DNA from: Candidatus Poribacteria bacterium
GTDB taxonomy: Bacteria > Poribacteria > WGA-4E > WGA-3G
Direction of reading: 5' to 3'
Length of the DNA: 64,000 nt
NCBI GenBank assembly: GCA_022821965.1
Contig: JAJECN010000015.1
Location: forward strand, 54,785 to 118,784
Shown here: piece after piece, positions 50,265 through 60,600 of the stretch
Numbering within the stretch: position 1 is the first letter of the stretch
Layout of the letters: every line of letters starts with the position of its first letter
Notes under the pieces: model-generated
The model's database searches: none
What the model saw: the letters and a program-made list of their open reading frames with translations, nothing else
What the model was told of the DNA's origin: nothing
Translations under genes and position numbers: made by a program

Positions 50265-51263
50265 CTACTGTTCCGAATTTACCGCCTGAATCAAAGCGAT
50301 GATATATCCGAACTGGAACGCCCACGCTTGCCGCACCCGACCAGAAACACCCGGTGGTGATGGATCATCTGGATGCCCCGGTGCGTGGTCAGGCATCAAC
50401 ATGTAGGGATATTCTACATCTCGAAGGATCTGCGCAACTCTGTGCATGTCGAGGTGTCCCTCGTCGGGCCAGACCTCTTGGAAATTGTGCAATCCACCGC
50501 GAATGTTACGAAAGTGAATGTTAAAAAGTTTCTTGCGTTCGCCGAAATACTGGATAATCTCATAGAATTCAGTGCCGGGATCATCTAAACCCTCCGACAC
50601 AGTGCCGCAGCAAAAATTAAAGCCGTGATAGGGGCTATCCGCAATTTCAGCGTAACGTTTCAAGCCATCAAAGGCGGGATGATTCCAGCGTTCAACGCCC
50701 CTCAAGATAGGCGCGGGTGGATCGTTTGGATGACATGCCATCTGGACCTTGTTTTCTTCAGCAACAGGAATTACCCGTTCGAGAAAGTATGCGACCCGAT
50801 CAAACGCCTCTTCACGACTCACTTCACCTGCTTCTGAAAGTGTTTCGTTATCGTACTTGGAGAAATCGAAAGTGCTGTAGCTTGAGCCGCCGCGTCCGAA
50901 TGTACTCTCAGTTCGCTGATTTTGCAGGATGCAAAAATTATAGTTCAAACCTCGTAAGCCTGCCGCCGCAGCATTCTCGATCATTTTACAAACTGCCTCG
51001 ATATCCTTGTCGCGCTGCGGATCTTGAGCGAGCGTAATGCTCCGCGGCATTCCGATATGAATCATCTCAAGGCTCACACCAGCTTCCGCGGCTTCTTCCT
51101 TATGTCGAATTAGCGTTTCGGTTTCAGTGTCCTCGGGGGTGGTATCCATATGCGTTACACCGTGCCGAGCGAGGAATGCCAGCTCTTTCGGAGATGTCCC
51201 GATGCCTTGAACACCGACATGCATCGCTGCCTTTTCGCGTGGTTGCTTCTCAGGTCTATCCAT
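50265..51263 (-). CDS. uxuA: mannonate dehydratase
   Basis: VIPVAEENKVQMACHPNDPPAPIL matches E. coli UxuA [24 protein letters not shown]. ATG preceded by SD AAGGAG; the track ORF has a TTG extension. Confidence 0.8.
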   Translation of the reverse strand: MDRPEKQPREKAAMHVGVQGIGTSPKELAFLARHGVTHMDTTPEDTETETLIRHKEEAAEAGVSLEMIHIGMPRSITLAQDPQRDKDIEAVCKMIENAAAAGLRGLNYNFCILQNQRTESTFGRGGSSYSTFDFSKYDNETLSEAGEVSREEAFDRVAYFLERVIPVAEENKVQMACHPNDPPAPILRGVERWNHPAFDGLKRYAEIADSPYHGFNFCCGTVSEGLDDPGTEFYEIIQYFGERKKLFNIHFRNIRGGLHNFQEVWPDEGHLDMHRVAQILRDVEYPYMLMPDHAPGHPDDPSPPGVSGRVRQAWAFQFGYIIALIQAVNSEQ

Positions 51264-51448
51264 CGTTTCGTTCTCCTTTGACAATTGAATGTGCTGTCAA
51301 CTGTTCGGGCTTAAGATGGTATCTGAGCATTATAGCACACTTGAAAAATTTAAGTCAATTCAAAAACAGAAAATTTCTGGACATGTGATCGGCTTCATGC
51401 TATGCTAAAAGCCACAGAATTTCATAGCGATTACACAATAGAGGAGAA

Positions 51449-53008
51449 ATGATGGCTACAGAAGATTATACTTCGCGTGTACCGCATCATACGTTCGCAG
51501 ACACATTGGAAGAGCAGGAAGCACAGTTGGAAACGAATCCACTGATGCAGCGGCTCAACGCTTATCGGAAAACGTATGAAGGCGATCCGCACCGTCCGAT
51601 TTATCACTATATCAACCCTGAAGCGATGCTCAATGATCCGAACGGTCTCTGCTTTTGGCAGGGACGGTGGCATCTTTTTTATCAGGCGTATCCACCTGAA
51701 GATACGCGACAGCACTGGGGACACGCAATCAGTGATGATCTCATCCACTGGCGCGACCTGCCTTATGCAATTTATCCCAACCCCGAAAGATGCTGTTTCT
51801 CCGGTGCAACGCTTGTAGAAGAAGATCGCGTGATTGCGATGTACCACGGCACGGTTGTCGGTAACATGGTGGCGGTATCAAGCGATCCACTTCTCCTGAA
51901 TTGGGAGAAAGTCTCCGGTAAAGCGGTCATCCCATCACAACATGCGGATGGCACAACCCCGGTCTACCGCGTCTTTGACCCGTGTATCTGGAAGAAAGAC
52001 GGTATGTACTATTCACTGTCGGGCGGCACACTCCCGCACGGACCCGGTGGCAAACCGATTCGTGCCAATTTTTTGCTCCGTTCAGCAGACCTCGCAAACT
52101 GGGTCTACCTGCACCCCTTCGTTGAAGATGATATGTTCACGTTGGTCGGCGATGATGGCGCGTGTCCCTATTTTTGGCCCATTGGAGATCGACACATGCT
52201 CCTTTTCTTCAGCCACATGAGCGGTGGACAGTATTTGCTCGGTGATTATGACACTGAACGAGACAAGTTCGTCGTAACAGCAGGTGCGAAAAACAATTTC
52301 GGGGCGGCATCCCCTGCGGGTGTCCACGCACCCTCAGCAACACCTGATGGGAACGGCGGTCTCATTGTCATCTATAACATGAATCCAGCGAAGCCTACCA
52401 AGGGTTGGAACCAGATCATGACGCTGCCGCGTCGCTTAACACTCCTCTCCAGAGATGAAATCGGGATTGAGCCTGCGGGTGATATTGAATCGTTGCGATC
52501 CGAACATCGGCACGTCGATGCGATGACACTCCCCGCGAATGAGGAGATCGTACTGGAAGGCATAAATGGCAATGCGATGGAGCTTGAACTCGAAATTGAC
52601 ACGAAATCGGCACCGATGGTTGAACTGAATGTCCTCCGTTCACCGCAGAAAGAAGAGTTTACCCGTATTGCGTTCTTCAGGGAACGCGGTATGCGTAACC
52701 TGAATTCCGATGTTAACGTGCGCGATAGTCTGCTAACAATCGATTCATCCTATTCGTCGATTGCATCGGATGTTCTCTCACGTGCACCTGAAACCGGAGC
52801 GATCTCCATTGCACAAGACGAGACTCTCAAATTACGGGTGTTTGTTGACAAGAGTGTTGTAGAGGTGTTCGCGAACGGGAAGCAGTGCGTCGCGATGCGT
52901 GTCTATCCGGACAAAGAGGAAAGCGTCGGTGTATCGTTGCGTTCACAAGGACAAGCGTGTGAACTCAAATCTCTGGATGCTTGGCAGATGCATAACATCT
53001 ATGAATAG
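51449..53008 (+). CDS. GH32-family beta-fructofuranosidase-like protein, cytoplasmic, EC-motif Glu replaced by Ala
   Basis: Motifs MLNDPNGLCFWQGRWHLFYQ and FDPC. The ACPYF segment aligns to the ECPDF motif. Confidence 0.75.
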   Translation: MMATEDYTSRVPHHTFADTLEEQEAQLETNPLMQRLNAYRKTYEGDPHRPIYHYINPEAMLNDPNGLCFWQGRWHLFYQAYPPEDTRQHWGHAISDDLIHWRDLPYAIYPNPERCCFSGATLVEEDRVIAMYHGTVVGNMVAVSSDPLLLNWEKVSGKAVIPSQHADGTTPVYRVFDPCIWKKDGMYYSLSGGTLPHGPGGKPIRANFLLRSADLANWVYLHPFVEDDMFTLVGDDGACPYFWPIGDRHMLLFFSHMSGGQYLLGDYDTERDKFVVTAGAKNNFGAASPAGVHAPSATPDGNGGLIVIYNMNPAKPTKGWNQIMTLPRRLTLLSRDEIGIEPAGDIESLRSEHRHVDAMTLPANEEIVLEGINGNAMELELEIDTKSAPMVELNVLRSPQKEEFTRIAFFRERGMRNLNSDVNVRDSLLTIDSSYSSIASDVLSRAPETGAISIAQDETLKLRVFVDKSVVEVFANGKQCVAMRVYPDKEESVGVSLRSQGQACELKSLDAWQMHNIYE

Positions 53009-53185
53009 ACCTCAAGAGCCGGATGCATCAATAAAATACGCCGCGGATCTTTATAATGTCAAAGAGGTTACGCTCCACGGCACAGCAGACTTATCGTTCT
53101 GGGAGACGGTGCTGCACAAGGAAAACCTTTTTCCGTACCACGAAAGAGGTAAAGCAGTCCTCTCGCTCAGTGCGATAGAGGCAAA

Positions 53186-53698
53186 ATGGAGGGGTTCAGG
53201 TTTAAAGAGTTTGTTATGGCTGTTGGAACTTGCCTTGATGAAAATGGAATGAGTTTGGATGGATACTATCTGCCGCACGCATTTAATTCGTCCAAATTCT
53301 TAGTTTTCTCAGAGAGGGTGTTCTTTCGTACCCCATATTTTCACGGTAACATCCGACTCGAAAACAAACTCCCTGCTTCCATCAAGTTGCAGGATAAGAC
53401 AGAAGTGCTCCTCCACGCGAGAATGTCTATCCCGAGCACACCACCCATAGTTGAATATTTGGAATGGAAAGGCCCTATTTTTCTTCCAAATAACCGCGGT
53501 AAATTCTTCGCTATATTGGCAGGTGAAACCGAAATTTATCCATTTTCACCCGAAATAGATCAGTTTGAAATCAAACCGTCAGCGCGGCACCGAATTTTTC
53601 AGGAACTTATTGACAGCAATTTTGTTGGCAGCGTATGGGGTTTGAGAGGCAATTCTCGCCACGCAAGGTCGAAGACGAACAGGCGAGATTCTGAGTAA
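53186..53698 (+). CDS. hypothetical protein between the two GH32 genes
   Basis: 170-aa ORF with SD AGAGG and no recognised domain. Confidence 0.3.
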   Translation: MEGFRFKEFVMAVGTCLDENGMSLDGYYLPHAFNSSKFLVFSERVFFRTPYFHGNIRLENKLPASIKLQDKTEVLLHARMSIPSTPPIVEYLEWKGPIFLPNNRGKFFAILAGETEIYPFSPEIDQFEIKPSARHRIFQELIDSNFVGSVWGLRGNSRHARSKTNRRDSE

Positions 53699-53711
53699 GG
53701 GATGATCTGAT

Positions 53712-55334
53712 ATGGCAGATACATGGGAAAAACTCCAAGGTAAAACCTATCCTGATACGGAGGCGGAACAGTTCGCTGCCCTTGAAACGGATGAGACATT
53801 GCGCGACTACAAGAAACGGAGAGAGGCGTGGGCATCGGATCCTTACCGTCCCATCTATCATATATCTTCTCTCTACGGCATGGGCGATGCGAACGGACTT
53901 TGTGAATGGCAGGGTCGGTATCATCTGTTTTATCAATTTGGTCCCCCAGGTGTTGAGCGGGTTCATTGGGGACACTGCTATAGCGAAGACTTGGTGCATT
54001 GGCAAGATCTGCCCCCTGCGCTGTATCCTGATACCGAACTACACTGCTTCAGCGGTCAGTGTCTCGTGGAAGATGAGCGGGTTGTTGCGCTCTATCACGG
54101 TAAAATGTCGGGGAATAGCATTGCGACTGCGAGCGATCCGCTCCTGCTCAATTGGGAAAAGCATCCGAATAATCCTGTCATACCGAATGTCGAGACCAAT
54201 GAATACGAGCAGCCTTATAACGTCTTTGATCCATGTATCTGGAAAGAAGAAGATGGGTATTATTCAATCTCTGGTACATCAGCCAACGGCTGGATTCGAG
54301 AGCGGCGTAGATCTGCCTCACACCTCTTTTATTCAAAAGACCTGACATACTGGGAGTATCTCCATCCGCTGCTGATTGACGATGTTTTTTGTGATCTCGG
54401 TGAAGATGGGGCGGTGCCGAATTTCTTGCCTATTGGAAACGGTAAGCATATCCTACTTCTTTTCAGCCACAAACGTTCAGCGCGCTACTACATCGGCGAA
54501 TACGACCGCGGGAACCACAAATTTACGCCTGAATATCACGGCAGGATCAACCACGGCACTTTCGGGGGTGGGATGGTTTCCTGTCCCTCCGCAACGGTGG
54601 ATACAAGAGGTCGCCTCATCGCTATCTTAAACTGCTCGGACGGAAGGCAGAACGAGCAAGCCGCGTCCGGATTGTGTATGACTCTCCCGTGGCACCTCAC
54701 GCTGAAAGCGGACAACGCGCTGGCAGTAGAACCCGTTGAGGAGGTAAAAAGTCTGCGAAATACGCATACCCGCCTCACGGACATCGCTTTATCAGCCAAT
54801 GAGGAATTTATACTTGATGCGGTAAAAGGCAAAGCAATTGAGATTGACCTGACCTTAGAGATAGGAACTGCGCGGGAGGCCGGATTATATGTATTCCGAT
54901 CACCAAACGGGAATGAACGGACAAAAATCTCTATCTATAACCATAGACACGGCAAAACCAATGATAGCCTACAGATTGACACGTCCTATTCCTCTTTGCG
55001 TACAGACCTTGTCGGTAAACCTCCTGAGACTGCACCGTTCCGCTTGAGCAGTGACGGTAGAGTCCGACTCCGTATCTTCCTTGATCGTAGTCTCATTGAG
55101 GTCTTCGCCGATAACGGAGAATGCTTTCCAGAATGGGCGTTTCCGAGAAAGGGTATTGACAAACTCTTCCCGCTATTCTCGCGACAGTGTGCTGTTGCAC
55201 GCGCCTATCCGCTGCAAGAGGAGAGCAACGGCATTTCGCTTTTCGCCATCGGTGGCGAGGCGAAGGTTGTTTCGATGGATGTGTGGCAGATGCGCTCCAT
55301 CTGGCAAGAGTTGAAGTATCGTGAAGGGGAGTAA
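53712..55334 (+). CDS. GH32-family paralog, cytoplasmic, with divergent catalytic motifs (GDANG; AVPNF in place of ECPDF)
   Basis: Motifs MGDANGLCEWQGRYHLFYQ and VFDPCIW; 540 aa. Confidence 0.7.
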   Translation: MADTWEKLQGKTYPDTEAEQFAALETDETLRDYKKRREAWASDPYRPIYHISSLYGMGDANGLCEWQGRYHLFYQFGPPGVERVHWGHCYSEDLVHWQDLPPALYPDTELHCFSGQCLVEDERVVALYHGKMSGNSIATASDPLLLNWEKHPNNPVIPNVETNEYEQPYNVFDPCIWKEEDGYYSISGTSANGWIRERRRSASHLFYSKDLTYWEYLHPLLIDDVFCDLGEDGAVPNFLPIGNGKHILLLFSHKRSARYYIGEYDRGNHKFTPEYHGRINHGTFGGGMVSCPSATVDTRGRLIAILNCSDGRQNEQAASGLCMTLPWHLTLKADNALAVEPVEEVKSLRNTHTRLTDIALSANEEFILDAVKGKAIEIDLTLEIGTAREAGLYVFRSPNGNERTKISIYNHRHGKTNDSLQIDTSYSSLRTDLVGKPPETAPFRLSSDGRVRLRIFLDRSLIEVFADNGECFPEWAFPRKGIDKLFPLFSRQCAVARAYPLQEESNGISLFAIGGEAKVVSMDVWQMRSIWQELKYREGE

Positions 55335-55484
55335 TGCTTACAGGACAGGAAATGGCTCTGTGAAAACCCAGAAACCTTTGACGCGGGTTGTAAATTCTGA
55401 TAAACTCTTATGGTAGATTTGCCGAGAGAGGTACGCAATCCCTTTGTTAGCGGCATCCCCGCATTGTGAAGAAGGAGGAAAACC

Positions 55485-55790
55485 GTGTCAGTTACAGCAA
55501 AAGAATGGGTCTTTAATACCGTCGAAAAATTATCCGCTTCTGAGATCGAAGAATTGAAGCGTTACTTGGAATACCTCGTTTGGAAATCGGAAATCCCAAC
55601 AGGAAGTTTAGGAAACTCTCAAGATTCGTCCAAACTTAAACGAAAAGGCCAACCCAAGCGGATCTTATCAGCTATTAACAAATCGCATGATATGACACCA
55701 GAAGACGCGGAAGCATTGCTAAACGCAATTAAAGAAGGAGAAATCCCAATGCGTTTTGATTCTGTCTTCGACGAGTCGGAAGGTGAATAG
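55485..55790 (+). CDS. putative antitoxin of VapBC pair
   Basis: 101-aa ORF with SD AAGGAGG and a GTG start. Its stop abuts the PIN-toxin start. Confidence 0.5.
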   Translation: MSVTAKEWVFNTVEKLSASEIEELKRYLEYLVWKSEIPTGSLGNSQDSSKLKRKGQPKRILSAINKSHDMTPEDAEALLNAIKEGEIPMRFDSVFDESEGE

Positions 55791-55793
55791 TTG

Positions 55794-56210
55794 ATGGACT
55801 ATCTCTTGGATACCTCTACGTGCAGCTTCCTAATGGCACGTGTCCCTTATGTTACTGGTCACTTCGATTCTCTGTCCGACCTCAATGACTACCTCTTTAC
55901 CTGTACGATTGTTAGAGGCGAAATCCTTTTCGGGATTCAGAAACTTCCGATAGGTCGCAGGCGGCAAGTTTTGGAGAATCAAGCAATTAATCTGTTTGAA
56001 GAATTGCCCTGTTTAGCAATCCCGAAGCAGGCTGCTGATTACTATGCCCCAATGAAGAATTACGCCGAACAACAGGGAACCCCATTGTCGGAGAACGACC
56101 TTTGGATAGCCTCTACTGCTGTGGCTCTTGACGCAATTCTCGTCACTACTGACTCAGACTTCCAAAGGATTGCTGAATTCGGATTAAAACTTGAAGATTG
56201 GACAAATTGA
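55794..56210 (+). CDS. vapC: PIN-domain ribonuclease toxin VapC
   Basis: Acidic PIN residues LLDTS...E...D...TTDSDF. 138 aa. Confidence 0.75.
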   Translation: MDYLLDTSTCSFLMARVPYVTGHFDSLSDLNDYLFTCTIVRGEILFGIQKLPIGRRRQVLENQAINLFEELPCLAIPKQAADYYAPMKNYAEQQGTPLSENDLWIASTAVALDAILVTTDSDFQRIAEFGLKLEDWTN

Positions 56211-56311
56211 TCTGGGAAGATGTGGATTTCTTTTTGAAAATTAAGATGAAACAGTTTCTGAATTTCTTTACAATTCTAACACAACTTCTGATGCAAAATG
56301 AAGACTAACCT

Positions 56312-57538
56312 ATGTTTTATCTAACTGTTATTTTCACAGTCTATATCCTATTCTTTTCAATCCAATTGGCTGCAACAGCGCAAAGCGTCAACATCTCTGA
56401 ACCTACCCCTCTACCGGCTGCTGTCCGCAAAACTTTTAACTTAGACCCGTTTTACGAGCAATGGATTGATGTGGAAGGATTGCCTGTTGTCGCATCATCG
56501 AAGGTGGATCCTTATGCTATGAAAGAAGCGGCATGGCTCATTCGGCGGATGATTGGGTATCGTCGGGATGTGTTGCAGGCACTCGCTGAAAATAACGTGC
56601 GTTTTGCTGTGATGGCACATAACGAACTGACAACCCAAATCCCCGAACACAGCGATCTGCAACCCGACTATTATTGGGATCGACGTGCACGCGGTTTGGG
56701 TTCCACGCCAGCGAGACCAGCAGTAAGTTGCGGTGAGGAAAATCTGCTTAACTATTCAGGTGACCCTTATTCCACTGAGAACATTCTGGTACACGAATTC
56801 GCGCATGCGATCCACCAGATGGGGTTGAATACGGTGGATCCCAGTTTTGATAACCGCCTTAAAACACTATATGATGCTGCAGTCGAAAAAGGATTGTGGA
56901 AAGATACCTACGCGATTACAAACCGAGCAGAGTACTGGGCTGAAGGCACACAATCCTGGTTCGATACAAACCGAGCAAACGATGACCAACATAACCATGT
57001 TGATACCCGCGACAAGTTGAAAGAATACGACCCCGCACTCGCGGAACTGTTGACAGAAGTCTTTGGCGATGCGGACTGGCGATACACGCAGGCAATAACC
57101 CGTACGCATCTCGTACATCTCCAAGGGTTCAGTCCTGAAGGATCTCCAGGGTTTGAATGGCCCGCCGAGTTGATAGAATTGACAGAGTTTCACCAACAGT
57201 TAAAGAACCCAGACAGCGATGGTAATGACAAGTGGATAGACTTGAAGGCGCATGATCCAAGTTTGCTTCCAAATCTAAGATCTGGAGACGACGACACGGA
57301 GACCGCAATCCTCTTCGTGAACGGCACAAAAACTGAGATCGCCTACTATTGGGTGGATTATGAAGGTAGTGAGAAATTCTACGGCAAAATTGCTCCAGAT
57401 GCCTTCGTCAATCAACACACATACATAGGGCATATCTGGGTGGTTAAGGGCACAAATGAAGGAAACCTTGCTGTGTTCCGTGCTGAAGAAAAGACTGGAC
57501 GGGCATTTATTGATTTGGAGTTGCTGAATGGTCAATAA
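56312..57538 (+). CDS. secreted zinc metalloprotease-like protein (HEFAHAIH) with C-terminal beta-sandwich domain
   Basis: Signal peptide. HExxH motif LVHEFAHAIHQMG followed by a downstream AEYWAEG. Confidence 0.5.
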   Translation: MFYLTVIFTVYILFFSIQLAATAQSVNISEPTPLPAAVRKTFNLDPFYEQWIDVEGLPVVASSKVDPYAMKEAAWLIRRMIGYRRDVLQALAENNVRFAVMAHNELTTQIPEHSDLQPDYYWDRRARGLGSTPARPAVSCGEENLLNYSGDPYSTENILVHEFAHAIHQMGLNTVDPSFDNRLKTLYDAAVEKGLWKDTYAITNRAEYWAEGTQSWFDTNRANDDQHNHVDTRDKLKEYDPALAELLTEVFGDADWRYTQAITRTHLVHLQGFSPEGSPGFEWPAELIELTEFHQQLKNPDSDGNDKWIDLKAHDPSLLPNLRSGDDDTETAILFVNGTKTEIAYYWVDYEGSEKFYGKIAPDAFVNQHTYIGHIWVVKGTNEGNLAVFRAEEKTGRAFIDLELLNGQ

Positions 57539-57607
57539 GATGTGTGGATTGGTAATATTTTTTACTTTTATCCTTAATCGAAGATTGAATACTTTAGGAA
57601 ACAAATT

Positions 57608-60600
57608 ATGGCAACAGATTATAAAAAGATAGCTGAAGAGCACGAAAAACGATACGGGTGGGATGTAAAGCCTCGTCGTATCTACAAACGGCTTTACAAC
57701 GACAAGACACATTTCGTCTATGAGCTCATTCAGAATGCTGATGATAACGAAAGCCTAAACCTCGAACTGCAGCTAGACAAAAATGAGTTGTTTGTTTGGA
57801 ACGATGGATATCAGTTTAGCGAAGAAGATGTGCGCAACATCTGTTCGCTAGGTTCAAGTAATAAGGATTTGACACAAATTGGTACTTTCGGCATCGGTTT
57901 CAAAGCGGTTTACAACTATACGGATTTTCCGGAAATTTACTCTGGTGCTGAACGTTTTCTTATCCGAGATCTCATCAAACCAGAAAGTATCGCTGAAATG
58001 GATTTTGCGGTTGCAAAACAAGTAGGTAACGGCAAAACAGTCTTTCATTTGCCTTTCAAAGATGGCCTGCGTCAAGAAGATATTGAACGATTGAAAAATC
58101 GACTTCTCAATTTAAACAAGCGAGCTTTACTATTTCTACGTCATCTCGAAATGGTTCACTGGCGTGATGCGCGCGACGCACAGGAAGGTTCTTATTCCTG
58201 TCACCGCCAACCTCATAGTAAAATTCAGAATGCCTCCGAGGTCAAGTTAACTGTGTCGTTGAACGGTGATAATCAACCTTCGGAGACATTCCTCGTTTTT
58301 CGCAAGGAAGTTCAGCCACCACAAGATGTAATTAATCAGTTGTTGCAACAAGAAGAAGATGACGAAGATCGACACCGTATTAAGCGGTCCGCCGAAAAGT
58401 TACAACCTGTTGAAGTTGCATTCAAAGTACAGGATGGTGGAGTAACACCAATAGACGATTGTGTGTTGTTTGCTTATCTTCCAACCCAGAAAGAAACTCA
58501 TCTGCGATTTCTCATTCAGGCGCGCTATCAAACAACGCCTGCCCGTGATAATATTTCAAATGATAATCCATGGAACAAATGGTTAGTGCAAGAAACAGCC
58601 AACTTTCTTCCGGATGTATTGGAACAATTGAAAGCAGGTGGTTTGCTTACTCCTACGTTTTTTAATGTAATGCCTTTGAGAGATGACAATGTACCTGTAG
58701 AGTATGGACCTATCTCCGAGTCATTGGGCAGAGCGATGCGAGATCGGTCGTTCGTTCCTACGCAAAACGGAGGGTATGCAAAAGCAGAACATGTGCTCTA
58801 TCCCCATGCCGAATCTCTGCGGCAATTAATTAAAAGCGATTGGATGCATCCGAATAATTGGTTACATCCTGAGATACGAAATACGAAAGAGTTTCGTCGA
58901 TGTTTTAGGGCTATATGTGAAGCAGGTGTAGAAATAGCGTCTACCGGTCGTGTTTTGCGCTGGCTTGAAAGGAAGACTCCATCCTGGCTTGAAGGCAGAT
59001 GTAGCGAATGGCTATGTTCTTTGTACGTCTATTTGAATAGTCAGAAATCCGAATTGAAGCGAATAAAGAAGCTGCCGTTGGTTCGGCTTGAAAGTGGGAA
59101 GCATGTATGTGCAGACAATCAGTCAGTATTTTTCCCACCAGATCAAGCCGAAGTGCGCGAAGATATGGTTTCTTTCTTCATGGAATTGCCTATTCTTCAA
59201 TCCTCTCTGCTTGCGGGGAACACACGCAACGTCATTGAAACTTTCTTAAAAAGTCTAGGGGTTAGGATGTTGCACCCTGAAGATTTGATTCGTGAATCAA
59301 TTTGTCCCAGGTACCTTCAAACCGAGAAACCTACCGAAGCACAAAACCGTGCGCATGTGCGCTACCTTCGGCATTTTTTATCAAAGGCTTCAAAAGCAGC
59401 GCGTAGCAGTTTGAGTAAAGAAATTAGTAAGATCCCAATTCTGTCGGTTTACAGAGGAAATCAACGAAAACCTCTTGACTTCCTAGAACCTTGCAACGCC
59501 TATCTCTCTCAAGCTTATACAAGTGATACTAGTTTAGAAACCTACTTTTCTGAATGCGGCAACGTTTGGTACGTAGATGATAATTATATAGAAAATGATT
59601 CCGATCGAAAAAAATGGCTCCAGTTTTTTAAATCAATTGATGTTATGGAAACACCACGAGTTATTGAAGAAAACTTAACTATCAGTTCCCAAAACCGTCA
59701 AGAACTTGACAAACGCGGACTTGAGTGGAAAAATAGTAAGAAAGGGTTAATCATTGAAGATCGTCACTTCGATGGTCTGCCGGAAGTGTTGGCTCGAGTT
59801 AGCAATCATAAGGAAATGGATCTTGCACAAGTTCTTTGGCATCTATTAGTTAAAGCACTTCCATCAGGAGAATCGCAACGAGATGCTCTCTTTCAAGGCA
59901 TTTATCGCTGGGGCACTTATAGTTCTCAATTTGAATCCTTTCAGGCTATGTTTTATCGCCAACTGCAGAAGGCAGCATGGCTTCCTGACGAACAAGAGAA
60001 CTTTCGTGTTCCTGCTGAATGTTTCGCACCCACTTCTGAAAACCGTAAGGTTTTAGGGGATAGTGTAGCGTACCTGCACCCAGATTTTGATATTAGTCAA
60101 GACAGCGAAGCTGCACGATGGCTAGCTAGAAAATTGGGGGTACATTTGGACGCAAATATGGATAGTGTACTCAATTACCTTCAAGCCCTGAGCCGCACCG
60201 GAGTGAGTGTTGAACAGGTTAAACCACTCTATTGCTTTCTTGCACAACAAAATTCGTGTCGGAGCGAAGAATTCAAGCAAAAACCGCTTATCTTCACTTC
60301 CAATCCAGAAACAAATTGGTGGAAACTAGATAAAGTATTCTGGGAAGATGAAAATCCAGTTTTCGGTAATCATCGTGGTTACCTTAGAGAGAGTTACGCT
60401 GATAATGAAGCAATACTAAAGCCGTTTTTTATCGCTTTGGGAGTCTCGGAACGCGCTGCACCTTTAGACTATGTCCGTGTTATCCGAGAGGTCACGTCTG
60501 TGGAGCTAGCTGACGACGCAACAGTACGTGAGCGTGTTAAGATTCTTTACGGTCGCTTATGGCAGTCTCTGCAGGAAAGCGGTAACTTGCTAAACAGTGA

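Noticed and set aside
52899-53252. ORF overlapping the 3' end of the first GH32 gene, and a possible frameshift link to ORF 53186
   Set aside because: It is in a different frame from both the GH32 gene and ORF 53186. Frame-2 has a TAA at 53150-53152, so no continuous reading frame joins them. It is likely spurious.
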